A stretch of 35,288 bases of DNA from an uncultured Clostridia bacterium (GTDB taxonomy: Bacteria; Bacillota; Clostridia; Lachnospirales; CAMVHY01), in the NCBI GenBank assembly GCA_946415665.1, contig CAMKTI010000003.1:1-35288 (forward strand), read 5' to 3'. The position numbers were made by a program, and so were the translations under genes. The notes beneath the pieces were generated by a model. That model was given only the letters and a program-made list of their open reading frames with translations, was not told the DNA's origin and ran no database searches. Positions 1 to 10,639 of the stretch are shown piece by piece. Position 1 is the stretch's first letter, and the number at the start of each line of letters is the position of its first letter.

Positions 1-588
1 TCTGCAAAGACTAATTTTGCATCGAGATTTTTGAGCAAGTTAATAGTTTCTTTACTATCGGCACGCGTTCCCTCTGTAACGATAAATTTTACAGGCATAC
101 CACGCTCATTGACGGCTAAGTGTATTTTCAGATTGAGCCTTCTTTTGTCTTTTTGAGCTCCCTTTTGTCTTTGATAAGCCTGATTTCCGCCGCGAGCCCC
201 AGCTATATTTTCACATAACTCGAGTCTATCCTTAGCCATTCAAAACTCACATCACCTTTCAGTATCTCGAATAATTTTTTCCACACACCTTTTTGTTGCC
301 ACCGAATAAATCTTTGATGGACCATACTCCATTTACCCAATCCCTCTACGAAGATCATATTTTAAGTATCCAAACAACTGCATTGATAAATTTTCGATTA
401 TCTTTGGCTATGCCTCCACGTTGCCCAGGCCGACCTGTCAGATGCGGTTCTATTAGCTTCCACTTTGCATCACTTATATCAAATCTACGATACGTTTTTT
501 TTCCATTTTTATTTTGCTCTTATTTTCTATTTTTCTCCATTATATTTTACTTTATAACTTATTTCTCTTTTTTTGTGTAGACAGTATT
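1..588 (-). mobile_element. IS5-family (IS427-like) element 'type A', frameshifted transposase pseudogene, cut by window start
   Basis: Minus strand from ATG at 506 reads MEKKTYRRFDISDAKWKLIEPHLTGRPGQRGGIAKDNRKFINAVVWIL, later KIHLAVNERGMPVKFIVTEGTRAD, with frameshifts between. Putative end GTGTAGACAGTATT followed by TA (589-590). Confidence 0.85.
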
Positions 589-805
589 TAGATATAAGGA
601 AAAAATTTGAACAAAACGGTGTGCTTTTTGTTTTTGTTGATGAATTTCTCTTTATTTCATATTTTGTAATAAATACGTTCGCTGAGACATAATTTTTTTT
701 TATATAAAAAAATAATTGGCTTGATAATAAGTCGATTTTTTTGTGAAAAAATTTTAATTAGCAATATTTTTTATTTGCATACATAAAATAATTTTGGTGT
801 TACGT

Positions 806-1021
806 ATGAAATTAACTGAGCTAAAAAAAAATCAGACGGCAAGAATTTTATTTATAGGATTAGATTGGAATTTAAAAAAAAGGTTATTAGAAATGGGTTT
901 TTGTTTTGGATCAGAAATTAAATTTATTTATGAATTTAATACGACGTTTGCATATGAAATAAAAAATAGTTTGGTGGCGTTACGCAAAGAAGATGCCGAA
1001 AATATATTTATAAGCTTTTAA
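806..1021 (+). CDS. feoA: Ferrous iron transport protein A
   Basis: KRLLEMGF...VALRKEDAENI FeoA motifs; directly upstream of feoB. ATG at 806 preferred over TTG at 794. Confidence 0.9.
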   Translation: MKLTELKKNQTARILFIGLDWNLKKRLLEMGFCFGSEIKFIYEFNTTFAYEIKNSLVALRKEDAENIFISF

Positions 1022-1031
1022 TTTTTTAGGA

Positions 1032-2864
1032 ATGATGAATATGAAAAAATTTAATATTTGTTTGATTGGAAATCCAAATGTCGGAAAAAGTACGGTTTTT
1101 AATTGTTTGACTGGATTGAAACAACATACTGGAAATTGGACGGGAAAAACCGTTGAGACGGCAAAAGGAAATTTTAAAATAGAAAATTATTTTTTCGAGA
1201 TAATTGATTTGCCTGGTACATATTCTTTGGATGCAAAGGCAAAAGATGAAAATATTGCTTGCGAATATATTTTAAAAAATAATTTTGACGCAATAATAAT
1301 TGTTGTGGATGCGAATTGTTTGTCAAGAAATTTATTGTTAGTTTTGGAGATCATGAGATTAAAAAAAAATTTGATTTTGTGCGTAAATTTTATTGATGAG
1401 TTGGAAGAGCAAAATATTTTGTTTGATAGGAATAAATTAAAAAAGATTTTATGTATGCCAATAGTAGAAATCAGTGCAAAAAAAAAATTTGGGTTAAAAA
1501 GATTAAAGTATGAAATATTAAAAATGTGTTTGGGAGATTATAAAAATCATCGTGTGATGAATTTGCCGAATCAAATCGAAAAATTATATGAGATTGGAGA
1601 TTTAATTGAAAAACTTGTTGTTAAAAAAAATTTTAATGTTAGGCAAAAAAATTTTTTTTATGGCTGGGATAAAATTATTTTAAATAAATTTTTTGCGCTG
1701 CCAGTTATGTTTTTATTGTTGTTAATAATTTTTTGGCTAACTATTTTTGGAGCAAATTATTTTTCTGATTGGCTAGCGATTTTATTTGGCGAATTAGAAA
1801 TTTTATTGCGAAAATTATTTTTTTGGTTGGGCATAAATAAATTTTTGACTGGATTATTTATCGATGGAATGTATAGAACACTTGCATGGATCATCGCCGT
1901 TATGTTACCACCGATGGCAATTTTTTTCCCGTTATTTAATATTCTCGAAGATTTTGGCTTATTGCCAAGAATAGCTTTTAATTGCGATGGGATATTTAAA
2001 AAATTTAATTGTCATGGCAAACAAGTTTTAAGTATGTGTATGGGATTTGGATGCAATGCGGCGGGAGTTGTTTCTTGCAGAACAATTAATTCAGAGCGCG
2101 AAAAATTAATCGCTATCCTGACAAATAATTTTACTCCATGTAACGGAAGATTTCCCGGATTAATTATTTTAGCTTCGATGTTAATAAATAAAACTAAAAA
2201 ATTATTTTTGCTTAAAATCGCTGTGATATTAGCTTTAATAATAATCTTTTCGGTTTGTATGACTTTAATAAGCTCAAAAATTTTGGCGCGATTTTTTTTT
2301 AAAGACCGTGAATCGTTTTTTATTTTAGAATTACCGCCTTATCGCAAACCAAAAATTTTTGAGATAATAATAAGATCAGTGTTTGATAAAACTTTAAAAA
2401 TTTTATTTAGAGCTGTTATAGTTGCAATTCCTGCCGGGATTTTAATCTGGTTATTGGCAAATTTAAAATTTAATTCAGTTTCGTTTTTTAATTTTTTTAT
2501 AAATCTTTTTGATCCGTTTGGTAAATTAATTAATCTTGACGGAAAAATTTTAACAGCGTTTTTTTTGGGCATGCCAGCAAACGAAATAATCTTTCCATTA
2601 ATAATTATGGCATATAAAAATAATTCGACATTAATCCCAATAGAAAATTTTAAAAATATAACTTATATCTTAAAATCAAGCGCTTGGACGATAAAAACTA
2701 TTTTGGCCATGATGATTTTTTATGTAAATCATTTTCCATGCGCGACAACTTTATTAACAATCAAAAAAGAAACCGGAAACATAAAATATATGTTTTTGGC
2801 TTTTATTTTTCCAACTCTAATCGGTTTTTTATTATGCTTTTTATTAAATTTTTTTGTGTTTTAA
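1032..2864 (+). CDS. feoB: Ferrous iron transport protein B
   Basis: GNPNVGKS (G1), GNWTGKTVE, DLPGTYSL, GFGCNA and PCNGR gate motifs, ELPPYRKP, multiple TM helices. Confidence 0.96.
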   Translation: MMNMKKFNICLIGNPNVGKSTVFNCLTGLKQHTGNWTGKTVETAKGNFKIENYFFEIIDLPGTYSLDAKAKDENIACEYILKNNFDAIIIVVDANCLSRNLLLVLEIMRLKKNLILCVNFIDELEEQNILFDRNKLKKILCMPIVEISAKKKFGLKRLKYEILKMCLGDYKNHRVMNLPNQIEKLYEIGDLIEKLVVKKNFNVRQKNFFYGWDKIILNKFFALPVMFLLLLIIFWLTIFGANYFSDWLAILFGELEILLRKLFFWLGINKFLTGLFIDGMYRTLAWIIAVMLPPMAIFFPLFNILEDFGLLPRIAFNCDGIFKKFNCHGKQVLSMCMGFGCNAAGVVSCRTINSEREKLIAILTNNFTPCNGRFPGLIILASMLINKTKKLFLLKIAVILALIIIFSVCMTLISSKILARFFFKDRESFFILELPPYRKPKIFEIIIRSVFDKTLKILFRAVIVAIPAGILIWLLANLKFNSVSFFNFFINLFDPFGKLINLDGKILTAFFLGMPANEIIFPLIIMAYKNNSTLIPIENFKNITYILKSSAWTIKTILAMMIFYVNHFPCATTLLTIKKETGNIKYMFLAFIFPTLIGFLLCFLLNFFVF

Positions 2865-3256
2865 AGCTTATTCGTTTTTTAATTTTTTAATAATTTTTTT
2901 TAATCCGTTTGGCAAATTAATTAATCTTGACGGAAAAATTTTAACAGCGTTTTTTTTGGGCATGCCAGCAAACGAAATAATCTTTCCATTAATAATTATG
3001 GCATATAAAAATAATTCGACATTAATCCCAATAGAAAATTTTAAAAATATAACTTATATCTTAAAATCAAGCGCTTGGACGATAAAAACTATTTTGGCCA
3101 TGATGATTTTTTATGTAAATCATTTTCCATGCGCGACAACTTTATTAACAATCAAAAAAGAAACCGGAAACATAAAATATATGTTTTTGGCTTTTATTTT
3201 TCCAACTTTAATCGGTTTTTTATTATGCTTTCTGCTAAATTTTTTTGTGTTTTAAA
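2480..3256 (+). repeat. Tandem duplication (391-bp period) of the feoB 3' end; second copy is a gene fragment (ORF 2854..3255)
   Basis: 2480-2865 is nearly identical to 2871-3256; stop codons end at 2864 and 3255; the few substitutions lie near the ends. Confidence 0.95.
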
Positions 3257-3311
3257 TCTCATTTTTATGTTTAATTAAGCTTTTATACATTAAGCAGTAA
3301 TTTATTAACGC

Positions 3312-3343
3312 AAAAAAAAAGCCCGAAAATATTTTTTCGAGCT
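3312..3343 (-). terminator. Intrinsic terminator downstream of codY
   Basis: AGCCCGAAAA-tatt-TTTTCGAGCT hairpin next to an A-run (U-tract on minus strand). Confidence 0.6.
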
Positions 3344-3380
3344 GATATAAAAACACGCAAAGCAATGCCGGCTATTTAAT

Positions 3381-4166
3381 TTAATCAGACTGATTTGCAG
3401 CATTTTTTCCTTTGCGTTGAAATTTTTTGATTTCCGTACATAATTTTTTATTTAAAACATAAATATAAGTTCCTTTTACACCAAGCGAACGCGTTTTAAT
3501 AACTCCGGCGCTTTCAAGTTTTCTTAGTGCATTCACAGTCACCGAACGCGCATAACCATTTCGATCTGCAATTTTACTTGCTACGACGAGTCCCTCTCCA
3601 TTTTGCAAACAATCTAACACTTCGCTAATAACATCTATTTCTGTAAACGACAGCGAATCCAAAACATCATGAGCAACTTTTAACTCTTGTTTTTCAGATT
3701 CGCTTTGTTTAAACGCGTTTTGTTTATTAACCATTGCTGCAGCACTTGCATAAACAGTTGCTTGGTCAATATCACTTTCAGAATATTCTCCGTCTTTATA
3801 CATAAAAAGTAAATCATCATTAATTGGCACAACAGCTGAATTATATTTATCAAATCCTTTTAGTTTAACGTTTGCCTTACAATCCTGAAATCCTGACATC
3901 TGATCATGAATATTCTTATCAATAAACCAATTTTCATCAGAATTACTATCAGAACTATCACAATCATTAAATTTTAAATTCGCAGCAAAATTGCTCGAAC
4001 CGGATAATTTACCATTTTTTTTAACAAACGCAACTCCAACCGAACCTGTTGCATCACAAACACTTTTCATAACCGCATTCATCATTTCCGGATTGTTTTT
4101 GATTTGATCGTTCTTTAACAACCCGTTAATATTTTTAAACGCACTTAAAATATTTTTATTTGGCAT
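3381..4166 (-). CDS. codY: Pleiotropic repressor CodY, divergent GAF domain
   Basis: C-terminal LSFTE...EGLVVASKIADR..RSVTVNALRKLESAGVIKTRSLGVKGTYI wHTH; dprA-topA-codY synteny; ATG at 4166 behind GGGGGA RBS. Confidence 0.92.
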   Translation of the reverse strand: MPNKNILSAFKNINGLLKNDQIKNNPEMMNAVMKSVCDATGSVGVAFVKKNGKLSGSSNFAANLKFNDCDSSDSNSDENWFIDKNIHDQMSGFQDCKANVKLKGFDKYNSAVVPINDDLLFMYKDGEYSESDIDQATVYASAAAMVNKQNAFKQSESEKQELKVAHDVLDSLSFTEIDVISEVLDCLQNGEGLVVASKIADRNGYARSVTVNALRKLESAGVIKTRSLGVKGTYIYVLNKKLCTEIKKFQRKGKNAANQSD

Positions 4167-4279
4167 AAATAATCCCCCTAAAAAATATAAAATAAACAAA
4201 TCTAAAAGTCCGGTTACATACCGGTATATCACCGCATAAACAACAATATATTATTTAATTTGCTAAAATCCGTCAAAAT

Positions 4280-6367
4280 TCACTCAGTTTTTTTACTATC
4301 AACTTTTGGAGCTTTCCAAGAAATAAAATCACATTCTGGTGAATTCTCGCAAATATAAAAAAAATTTCTTTTTCGTGTTCTTTTTATTACTAATTTTTTC
4401 CCGCACTTAGGACAAGAAAAATCAGACACTTGCAAGTACGGTTTCATATTTTTACACTCAGGAAAACCTGGACACGCTAAAAATTTACCATAACGCCCCC
4501 TTTTAATTACCATATTCCGACCGCATTTCTCACACACAACATCCGATATTTCATCGGAAATACTGACTTGATCAATTTTACTCTCGGCTTCATGAACTAA
4601 ATCCATAAACGGAAAGTAAAAGTCAATCAGTATTGCCGTCCATTTTACTTTACCAATTTCTATTTTGTCAAGTAATAATTCCATTTTGAAAGTAAAATCT
4701 ACGTTTACAATTTGGTTAAAGTTTTGTTCTAACAATTGGTTAACAATTTTGCCTAATTCTGTCGGATAAAAGGCTTTGCCATCCTTAGCTACATAATTTC
4801 TCTGTTTTATATTACTTATAATCGTAGCATAAGTGCTTGGACGACCAATACCCAATTCTTCTAAAGTTTTTACAAGCGTAGCCTCTGTAAATCTTGCAGG
4901 CGGCTGAGTAAAATGCTGTTGAGCATCACTTTTTTCAAACTTTAATTTATCATCGCTTTTTAATTCGGGCAGACTTATATTTTTTTCTTTGTTGTTTTCA
5001 TAAACAACTAAATAACCATTAAATTTTAAAACTGACCCCGATGTCTTAAATAAATAATTATTATTTAAAATTTTAACCGATTGCGTATCATAATCTGCGG
5101 GCGCCATTTGGCTGGCAACAAATCTTTGCCAAATTAATTTATAAAGCTTGTACTGCTCACTACTTAGTGAATTTTTTAAAATATCTGGTTCGCGATTAAC
5201 ATCCGTTGGACGAATCGCTTCGTGAGCATCTTGAGCATTTTCTTTGATTTTATAAACCGGACGTGACTTCGCCAAATATTCTTGTCCATATCTTTCTAAA
5301 ATAAATTTTTTTGCTTGTTCATAAGCTTCATCTGAAACTCTTACAGAATCAGTCCTTATATAAGAAATTAGTCCGACATTTCCCTCTTTTTCTATTTTTA
5401 TGCCTTCATATAATTGCTGAGCGACACGCATTGTTTTTGCTGTATTAAATCCAAGTAATTTTGCTGCTTCTTGCTGTAAACTACTAGTTATAAATGGAGG
5501 ATGCGCTTTACTTACTCTTGAACTTTTTTTTACTTCAGCAACATAAAAACTATCTTTATTTTTATCTATAAAGTCCAAGATTTTTTTTGCATCATCTTCA
5601 TTATTTAACTCTATTTTTTCTTCTTTTTTATTTTCAGCATTTATAACCCCAAAAAAACTGGCAGTAAATTTATTATTTTTTAATTTTAATACAACATCTA
5701 CGGACCAATATTCTGTCGCTATAAAATTCTCTCGTTCTAACTCGCGATCACAAATTATTTTTACAGCAACAGATTGCACGCGTCCGGCACTTAATCCACC
5801 ATGTATTTTGTGCCAAAGAATCGGACTGATTTTATAGCCAACAATTCTATCCAAAGCGCGACGTGCTTGTTGAGCATCGACTAAATTCATATTTATATCT
5901 CTTGCGCCTTTAACAGAATTTTGAACAGCAGTTTTAGTAATCTCATTAAAACTTATTCTCTTAGCTTTATTTTTATCTAACTTCAAGAGAATAAATAAAT
6001 GCCATGCAATTGCTTCACCTTCACGGTCCGGGTCAGTTGCTAAATAAACAAAATCTGAGTTTTTAACACCGTCTCTTAATTTCTTAATCGTATCTGTTTT
6101 CCCGCGCACAGTTATATACTGCATATTTACTTCTTGAACACCATTGTTTTTTATTTCTATTCCGAATTTACTTTTCGGCAAATCCCTAACATGTCCAACA
6201 GAAGCTATTACCGTATATTTTTTCCCGAGAATTTTATTCAACGTTTTAGCTTTTGCCGGTGACTCGACTATCACCAAAATTTTTTTGCCAGTATTTTTTT
6301 TCGTTGATAACTTTTTTGCTGGCATTTTTTTAATAGGACTTTTTTTGGCTAAAGTTTTTTCTGCCAT
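4280..6367 (-). CDS. topA: DNA topoisomerase I
   Basis: LVIVESPAKAK, ATDPDREGEAIAWH, SAGRVQS, ISYIRTDS active-site Tyr, GIGRPSTYA, C-terminal Zn ribbons. Confidence 0.98.
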   Translation of the reverse strand: MAEKTLAKKSPIKKMPAKKLSTKKNTGKKILVIVESPAKAKTLNKILGKKYTVIASVGHVRDLPKSKFGIEIKNNGVQEVNMQYITVRGKTDTIKKLRDGVKNSDFVYLATDPDREGEAIAWHLFILLKLDKNKAKRISFNEITKTAVQNSVKGARDINMNLVDAQQARRALDRIVGYKISPILWHKIHGGLSAGRVQSVAVKIICDRELERENFIATEYWSVDVVLKLKNNKFTASFFGVINAENKKEEKIELNNEDDAKKILDFIDKNKDSFYVAEVKKSSRVSKAHPPFITSSLQQEAAKLLGFNTAKTMRVAQQLYEGIKIEKEGNVGLISYIRTDSVRVSDEAYEQAKKFILERYGQEYLAKSRPVYKIKENAQDAHEAIRPTDVNREPDILKNSLSSEQYKLYKLIWQRFVASQMAPADYDTQSVKILNNNYLFKTSGSVLKFNGYLVVYENNKEKNISLPELKSDDKLKFEKSDAQQHFTQPPARFTEATLVKTLEELGIGRPSTYATIISNIKQRNYVAKDGKAFYPTELGKIVNQLLEQNFNQIVNVDFTFKMELLLDKIEIGKVKWTAILIDFYFPFMDLVHEAESKIDQVSISDEISDVVCEKCGRNMVIKRGRYGKFLACPGFPECKNMKPYLQVSDFSCPKCGKKLVIKRTRKRNFFYICENSPECDFISWKAPKVDSKKTE

Positions 6368-6400
6368 AAATAAACCTCCAGATATTTAATAACTAAATTA

Positions 6401-7498
6401 TTATGCTCTTATATATTTTTGACCGGGTAATTTTTTTATGATTCCACGCATCTCAAGCATCATTAAGCATGACGAAAGTTTATTTATTGGCAAATTTGCA
6501 TTCGCAACAATAAAATCAAAACTTGTTTGCTCAAGTCCGATAAGATTGTATATTATTTTTTCTTCATTGTCAAGTAAAATATTTTTATTTGGAATATTTT
6601 TTTCTGACAAATTATTCTCTATTTTTTCATTTTCACCTATTAATTCCAAGACATCTTGACAATTCATAATTAAATTTGCTCCTTGTTTAATTAAATAATT
6701 TGTTCCCTGACTAAACATATTATTAATTGCGCCGGGCACTGCCATAACTTCACGTCCTTGATCTAATGCGTGTCCAACTGTTATAAGCGTTCCACTTTTT
6801 TCGTTTGCTTCGGTTACTATTAAACCTTTCGATAAACCACTTATAATTCTATTCCGTACAGGAAAATTTCCTGTCAACGGTTTTGTTCCCAAAGCAAATT
6901 CTGAAATTAAACAACCATGATTAATAATTGTCTCTCGCAGTTTATTATTTTCTGGTGGATAACAAATATTTAAACCGCATCCCAAAACTGCAATTGTTTT
7001 GCCTCCCGCTTCGATTGTTGATTTATGCGCAACGCTGTCAATTCCTCTCGCCATTCCACTGACTATTACTACATTTCTTTTTGCTAAGTCATAAGCAAAT
7101 TTATGTGTTACATATGCACCATATTCAGTATATTTTCTTGATCCGACAATACTTATTTTTGTATATTCATCGCTTGGTAATTTTCCTAAAACATAAATTC
7201 CTAATGGATAATCATTTATCTCTTTTAATAACTTTGGATAATTATCGTCAAGATAACTTATAAATTTAATTTTATTTTTTGCCATTAAATTTTGATATGC
7301 GATTACTTTTTTTTCGTTCTTATAGTTAATTATATTTTCTAAAATATTTTTTGGAAATTCATCGAGCATTAAAATTAATTTTTCTGGTGCAGTCCAAATA
7401 TCATGCGCACTACCAAAAATTTTAATCATTTTTTTTTGTCGTTTTAAACTTAATCCAGGAACACTTGACAACCAAATCAAATAATCTCTTTCGTTCAT
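6401..7498 (-). CDS. dprA: DNA-processing protein DprA
   Basis: IVGSR, IVSGMARGIDSVAH, FPVRNRIISGLS, KSGTLIT, C-terminal wHTH. Confidence 0.97.
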   Translation of the reverse strand: MNERDYLIWLSSVPGLSLKRQKKMIKIFGSAHDIWTAPEKLILMLDEFPKNILENIINYKNEKKVIAYQNLMAKNKIKFISYLDDNYPKLLKEINDYPLGIYVLGKLPSDEYTKISIVGSRKYTEYGAYVTHKFAYDLAKRNVVIVSGMARGIDSVAHKSTIEAGGKTIAVLGCGLNICYPPENNKLRETIINHGCLISEFALGTKPLTGNFPVRNRIISGLSKGLIVTEANEKSGTLITVGHALDQGREVMAVPGAINNMFSQGTNYLIKQGANLIMNCQDVLELIGENEKIENNLSEKNIPNKNILLDNEEKIIYNLIGLEQTSFDFIVANANLPINKLSSCLMMLEMRGIIKKLPGQKYIRA

Positions 7499-7819
7499 AA
7501 AAAAAAATCACCTCACAAAAATTTTTTATATCCATACTACACAAATAAAAATAAAAGCAAACATAGATATATCTATACAAATTTTTTTATTAGTTTTATA
7601 AATGTCAAATAAGATTAAGAGAAAATATTCTCACTCTAAAAAATTAAAAATTAGTCAAGATAATAACTTTATGTGATCATTTGGTAGCAATTAATTTTTT
7701 GTGATAAAAAAATTTTGTGGGTATTAACAAAAATTTTCTTGCCCAACATATATATTTATCTTTTGCACATATTTATTTTTGAGCCTAAAGAAATAACATT
7801 CATAACAAAAAAGTAAACA

Positions 7820-7858
7820 AAAAACGCACCGACATTTAAATTAAAATGCCGACACGCT
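7820..7858 (-). terminator. Intrinsic terminator of tRNA-Pro/tRNA-Met transcript
   Basis: Minus strand GCGTGTCGGCATTT..AAATGTCGGTGCGT hairpin (with G-U pairs) followed by a T-run. Confidence 0.6.
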
Positions 7859-7881
7859 TGTTTTTTTAATCACACAAAAAA

Positions 7882-7955
7882 TAGCGGAGAACGGATTCGA
7901 ACCGTTGACCCTGCAGGTATGAGCCGCATGCTCTGACCAACTGAGCTACTCCGCC
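7882..7955 (-). tRNA. tRNA-Met(CAT), elongator type
   Basis: GGCGGAGTAGCTCAGTTGGTCAGAGCATGCGG-CTCATAC-CTGCAGGGTCAACGGTTCGAATCCGTTCTCCGCTA cloverleaf; CCA not encoded. Confidence 0.9.
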
Positions 7956-7977
7956 ACAAAACTTTTTCTACGAAAAA

Positions 7978-8051
7978 CCTGGGTGGCAGGATTTGAACCT
8001 GTGACCTCTAGAACCCCATTCTAGCGCGCTACCAAGCTACGCTACACCCAG
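7978..8051 (-). tRNA. tRNA-Pro(GGG)
   Basis: CTGGGTG acceptor, CTAGA-ATGGGGT-TCTAG anticodon arm, GTTCAAATC T-loop. Confidence 0.93.
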
Positions 8052-8369
8052 AAAAAAACAAATCGCTTCAAGGCTATCAAATAAAAAAAATAAAGTCAAG
8101 TCTCTTACAAAATTTTTTTATTATAAAAGCTTGATATGAAAAAATTGATTTTTTTGATCGGCTAAATATTAATTCCAAAAACATTTATTTTTTTATTCGT
8201 CGGATGTACTCCAAAAAATCAAATTCATAATTAAAAACAAAAAGCATTTACGAGTTAAAATCAAGTTTTCCAATTTATTATCGTTTTGTCGTAATCATTA
8301 ACACTTATACTTCTAAAATTTAATGTTACAGTCTATTACTATTAAAGCGATAATCAAAAATTTAAGCAC

Positions 8370-8393
8370 AAAAAAAAACCCTGAGAATCAGGG
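8370..8393 (-). terminator. Intrinsic terminator of rplM-rpsI
   Basis: CCCTGA-gaa-TCAGGG hairpin with adjacent A-run (U-tract on minus strand). Confidence 0.75.
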
Positions 8394-8422
8394 CTCTTAA
8401 AAAAATTAATTTTTCTTTACTA

Positions 8423-8812
8423 CTATCTTTTAGAAAATTGGGGTGCTTTTCTCGCTTTTTTTAAACCATATTTTTTACGTTCTTTCATTCTTGGATCACG
8501 AGTCATAAATCCTGATTTCTTTAAAATTTGTTTTAAATCACTATCAAAAACTACCAACGCTCTGGCAATACCGTGGCGGATTGCTCCCGCCTGACCCGTA
8601 TATCCTCCACCTGATACATTTACTTTTATATCAAACTTGGACAAATTATTTGTTAGACTTAATGGCTGCTTAACAATAAATTTTAACGTATCAAATTTAA
8701 AATACTCATCAAAATCTTTTTTATTAACAGTAATTTTTCCGCTTCCGTCTTTTAAATAAACTCTGGCAACAGATTTCTTTCTTCTTCCCGTGCCGTAATA
8801 AACATTCGACAA
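8423..8812 (-). CDS. rpsI: 30S ribosomal protein S9
   Basis: [14 protein letters not shown]...[19 protein letters not shown]...[10 protein letters not shown]. Confidence 0.99.
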   Translation of the reverse strand: MSNVYYGTGRRKKSVARVYLKDGSGKITVNKKDFDEYFKFDTLKFIVKQPLSLTNNLSKFDIKVNVSGGGYTGQAGAIRHGIARALVVFDSDLKQILKKSGFMTRDPRMKERKKYGLKKARKAPQFSKR

Positions 8813-8841
8813 AATTATACTCCTCCTCGATTATAAATAAA

Positions 8842-9282
8842 TTAATTCAAATTAAAATCAACTTTCACTGGCTTTTGTGCAACTTGTTTATAATTTTCGC
8901 CAGTATAAACATATAATTTTTTAATAATCGCATGTCCAAGATTATTTTTTGGCAACATGCCTTTTATTGCGTGACGCAAAACAAATTCCGGCCGACGTTT
9001 TAACATGTCTTTTAATTTTATAATTTTCATTCCGCCTGGATATCCTGAATGTTTGCGATATATTTTTTGTTCCAGTTTTTTGCCGGTCACCTTAATTTTT
9101 TCTGCATTTATTATTATTACATAATCACCATTATCTACATTCGGCATAAAATCTGTTTTGTGTTTACCGCGCAGAATTTTTGCAATCTCAACAGATAAAC
9201 GTCCAAGTGTTTCCCCATTAGCATCAACCAAAAACCATTTCCGTTTAACTTCTGCTGGTTTTGTAATAAACGTAGTACGCAT
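8842..9282 (-). CDS. rplM: 50S ribosomal protein L13
   Basis: RKWFLVDA...LGRL...[13 protein letters not shown]...HSGYPGG; ATG at 9282 behind GGAGGA RBS. Confidence 0.98.
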   Translation of the reverse strand: MRTTFITKPAEVKRKWFLVDANGETLGRLSVEIAKILRGKHKTDFMPNVDNGDYVIIINAEKIKVTGKKLEQKIYRKHSGYPGGMKIIKLKDMLKRRPEFVLRHAIKGMLPKNNLGHAIIKKLYVYTGENYKQVAQKPVKVDFNLN

Positions 9283-9574
9283 CTTCTTCCTCCAATAAAA
9301 ATAATTTTTATTAAAAAAAATTTCGAGGCTAAGTGGCTTCGAAATCATAGCAAAAATAAAATTTTTGTCAAAGCAAAATTTTTTTGTTACGGATTTTTTT
9401 GTCAGAAGCAAAAATTAAGATCAAATCCAAAAACAATATCATTGAATAAAATTCATGCGATATTTTTTTGTTTGTCTTTGAAATTTAAATTAAGTTTTGT
9501 ATAATATTTTATGTGAGCAGATGAAACTGTTATCTCTTTTCTTTAAAACCTTAAAATCTTTATGATTACGTTGT

Positions 9575-9782
9575 CTAAGTCTGTTAACATTTTGGAAAAA
9601 TAACCGAGCTCATATTTCGTGTAGAACATAAGATAAGGTCTCATTAGTATCATGATCGCAGTCGCAAATAATAATTCTATGTCGACTTTATTTTGCTCTT
9701 TTTTTTATTTTTTTCCATTATATTTTATTTTTTATTTTATAGTTTATTTATCTTTTTCTCTTTTTTTTGCGTAAACAGCACC
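9575..9782 (-). mobile_element. Internally deleted IS5 'type A' remnant
   Basis: 9690-9782 is homologous to 510-588 (ttttgctctt...ttccattatatttta...gtaaacagca). Minus strand IICDCDHDTNETLSY resembles the LADxxYDxN transposase segment. Confidence 0.6.
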
Positions 9783-9784
9783 CA

Positions 9785-10639
9785 GATGGCGTTCACACAA
9801 GAGAAAAATCGATTGACTAAAGGGAAAAGGCAACAAGATGGAGCTATGAAACTTACAAAAAATCAACATAAAAAGCTAGATGGATTAACGCCGATAGCGA
9901 GGAAACTGCAAAAGATATCAAACTACAAATTCACGTGTATGATGCTTTGCGTAATAAAAAATAGTTGCAAATGGATGTTTCCACCAAAAAGGTACGGAAA
10001 TTTGTCCACAGTTTATATAAAATCTGGTAGACGGGTAATGAACGGCACAATTGCCAAAAACTATTGCTTTTCTACTTTGAAACCTTAATTTTAGAAGTTA
10101 TAAAAAAGCAAAGACTGCTTAACGAAGAAATTGTGTAGCCATTATTGATAGTACGAGTACAAAGGTTAGTCCAGATGCAAACAAGAATAAAAATAAAAAA
10201 TAATCAAAAATAAAGTATCGGACGCTCGAAAAAGGGTCTGCCGACAAAGTCACACCTATGTCTTGTATCTTCATGCCGAGTTGTCTTTCGTTTGTCTTCT
10301 GGCAACTCCCACGACGCCCCTAAAGAAAGTTGATTGAATCCGCATATTCCAAAAATAATAATTATCTTTTGATAAACTAAACTTACGAAGATGATAAGAC
10401 TTCGGCTTTGGACAAGACCAAAGTTCATGAGTTTTTCACAGTTGCTTGACCTAAAAAAACCGTAAGTTCTCTTGGAACTATAATGAATGGATGCATAGGC
10501 ATCACAACAATACCGCACGATGTTTCAGAATGTCGAAACATTATACAAAGGTTCCACTCGTTATAACAAACTTGATTCCATTTTTATCTTTACTACTCCC
10601 CTTACTTTTGATTTGCTATCTATGTACGTGAACGCTGTC
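9785..10639 (+). mobile_element. IS5-family element 'type B', degenerate near-full-length copy
   Basis: Terminal IRs GATGGCGTTCACAC and GTGAACGCTGTC; decayed transposase MKLTKNQHKKL...YGNLSTVY...IDSTSTKVSPDA...GRSKKGLPTKSHL; flanked by CA/CA. Confidence 0.88.

Noticed and set aside
293-580. 95-aa plus-strand ORF, and the similar N-terminus of ORF 9693..10088
   Set aside because: Antisense to an IS5 transposase remnant; the Phe-rich stretch comes from the T-rich IS end.
2854-3255. Separate small FeoB-like gene
   Set aside because: It is the duplicated 3' end of feoB with no RBS or GTPase domain.
9283-9411. N-terminal extensions of rplM (likewise codY, GH13 and the protease) in the ORF track
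   Set aside because: Downstream ATGs have clear RBSs; the extensions run through upstream leader or promoter sequence.
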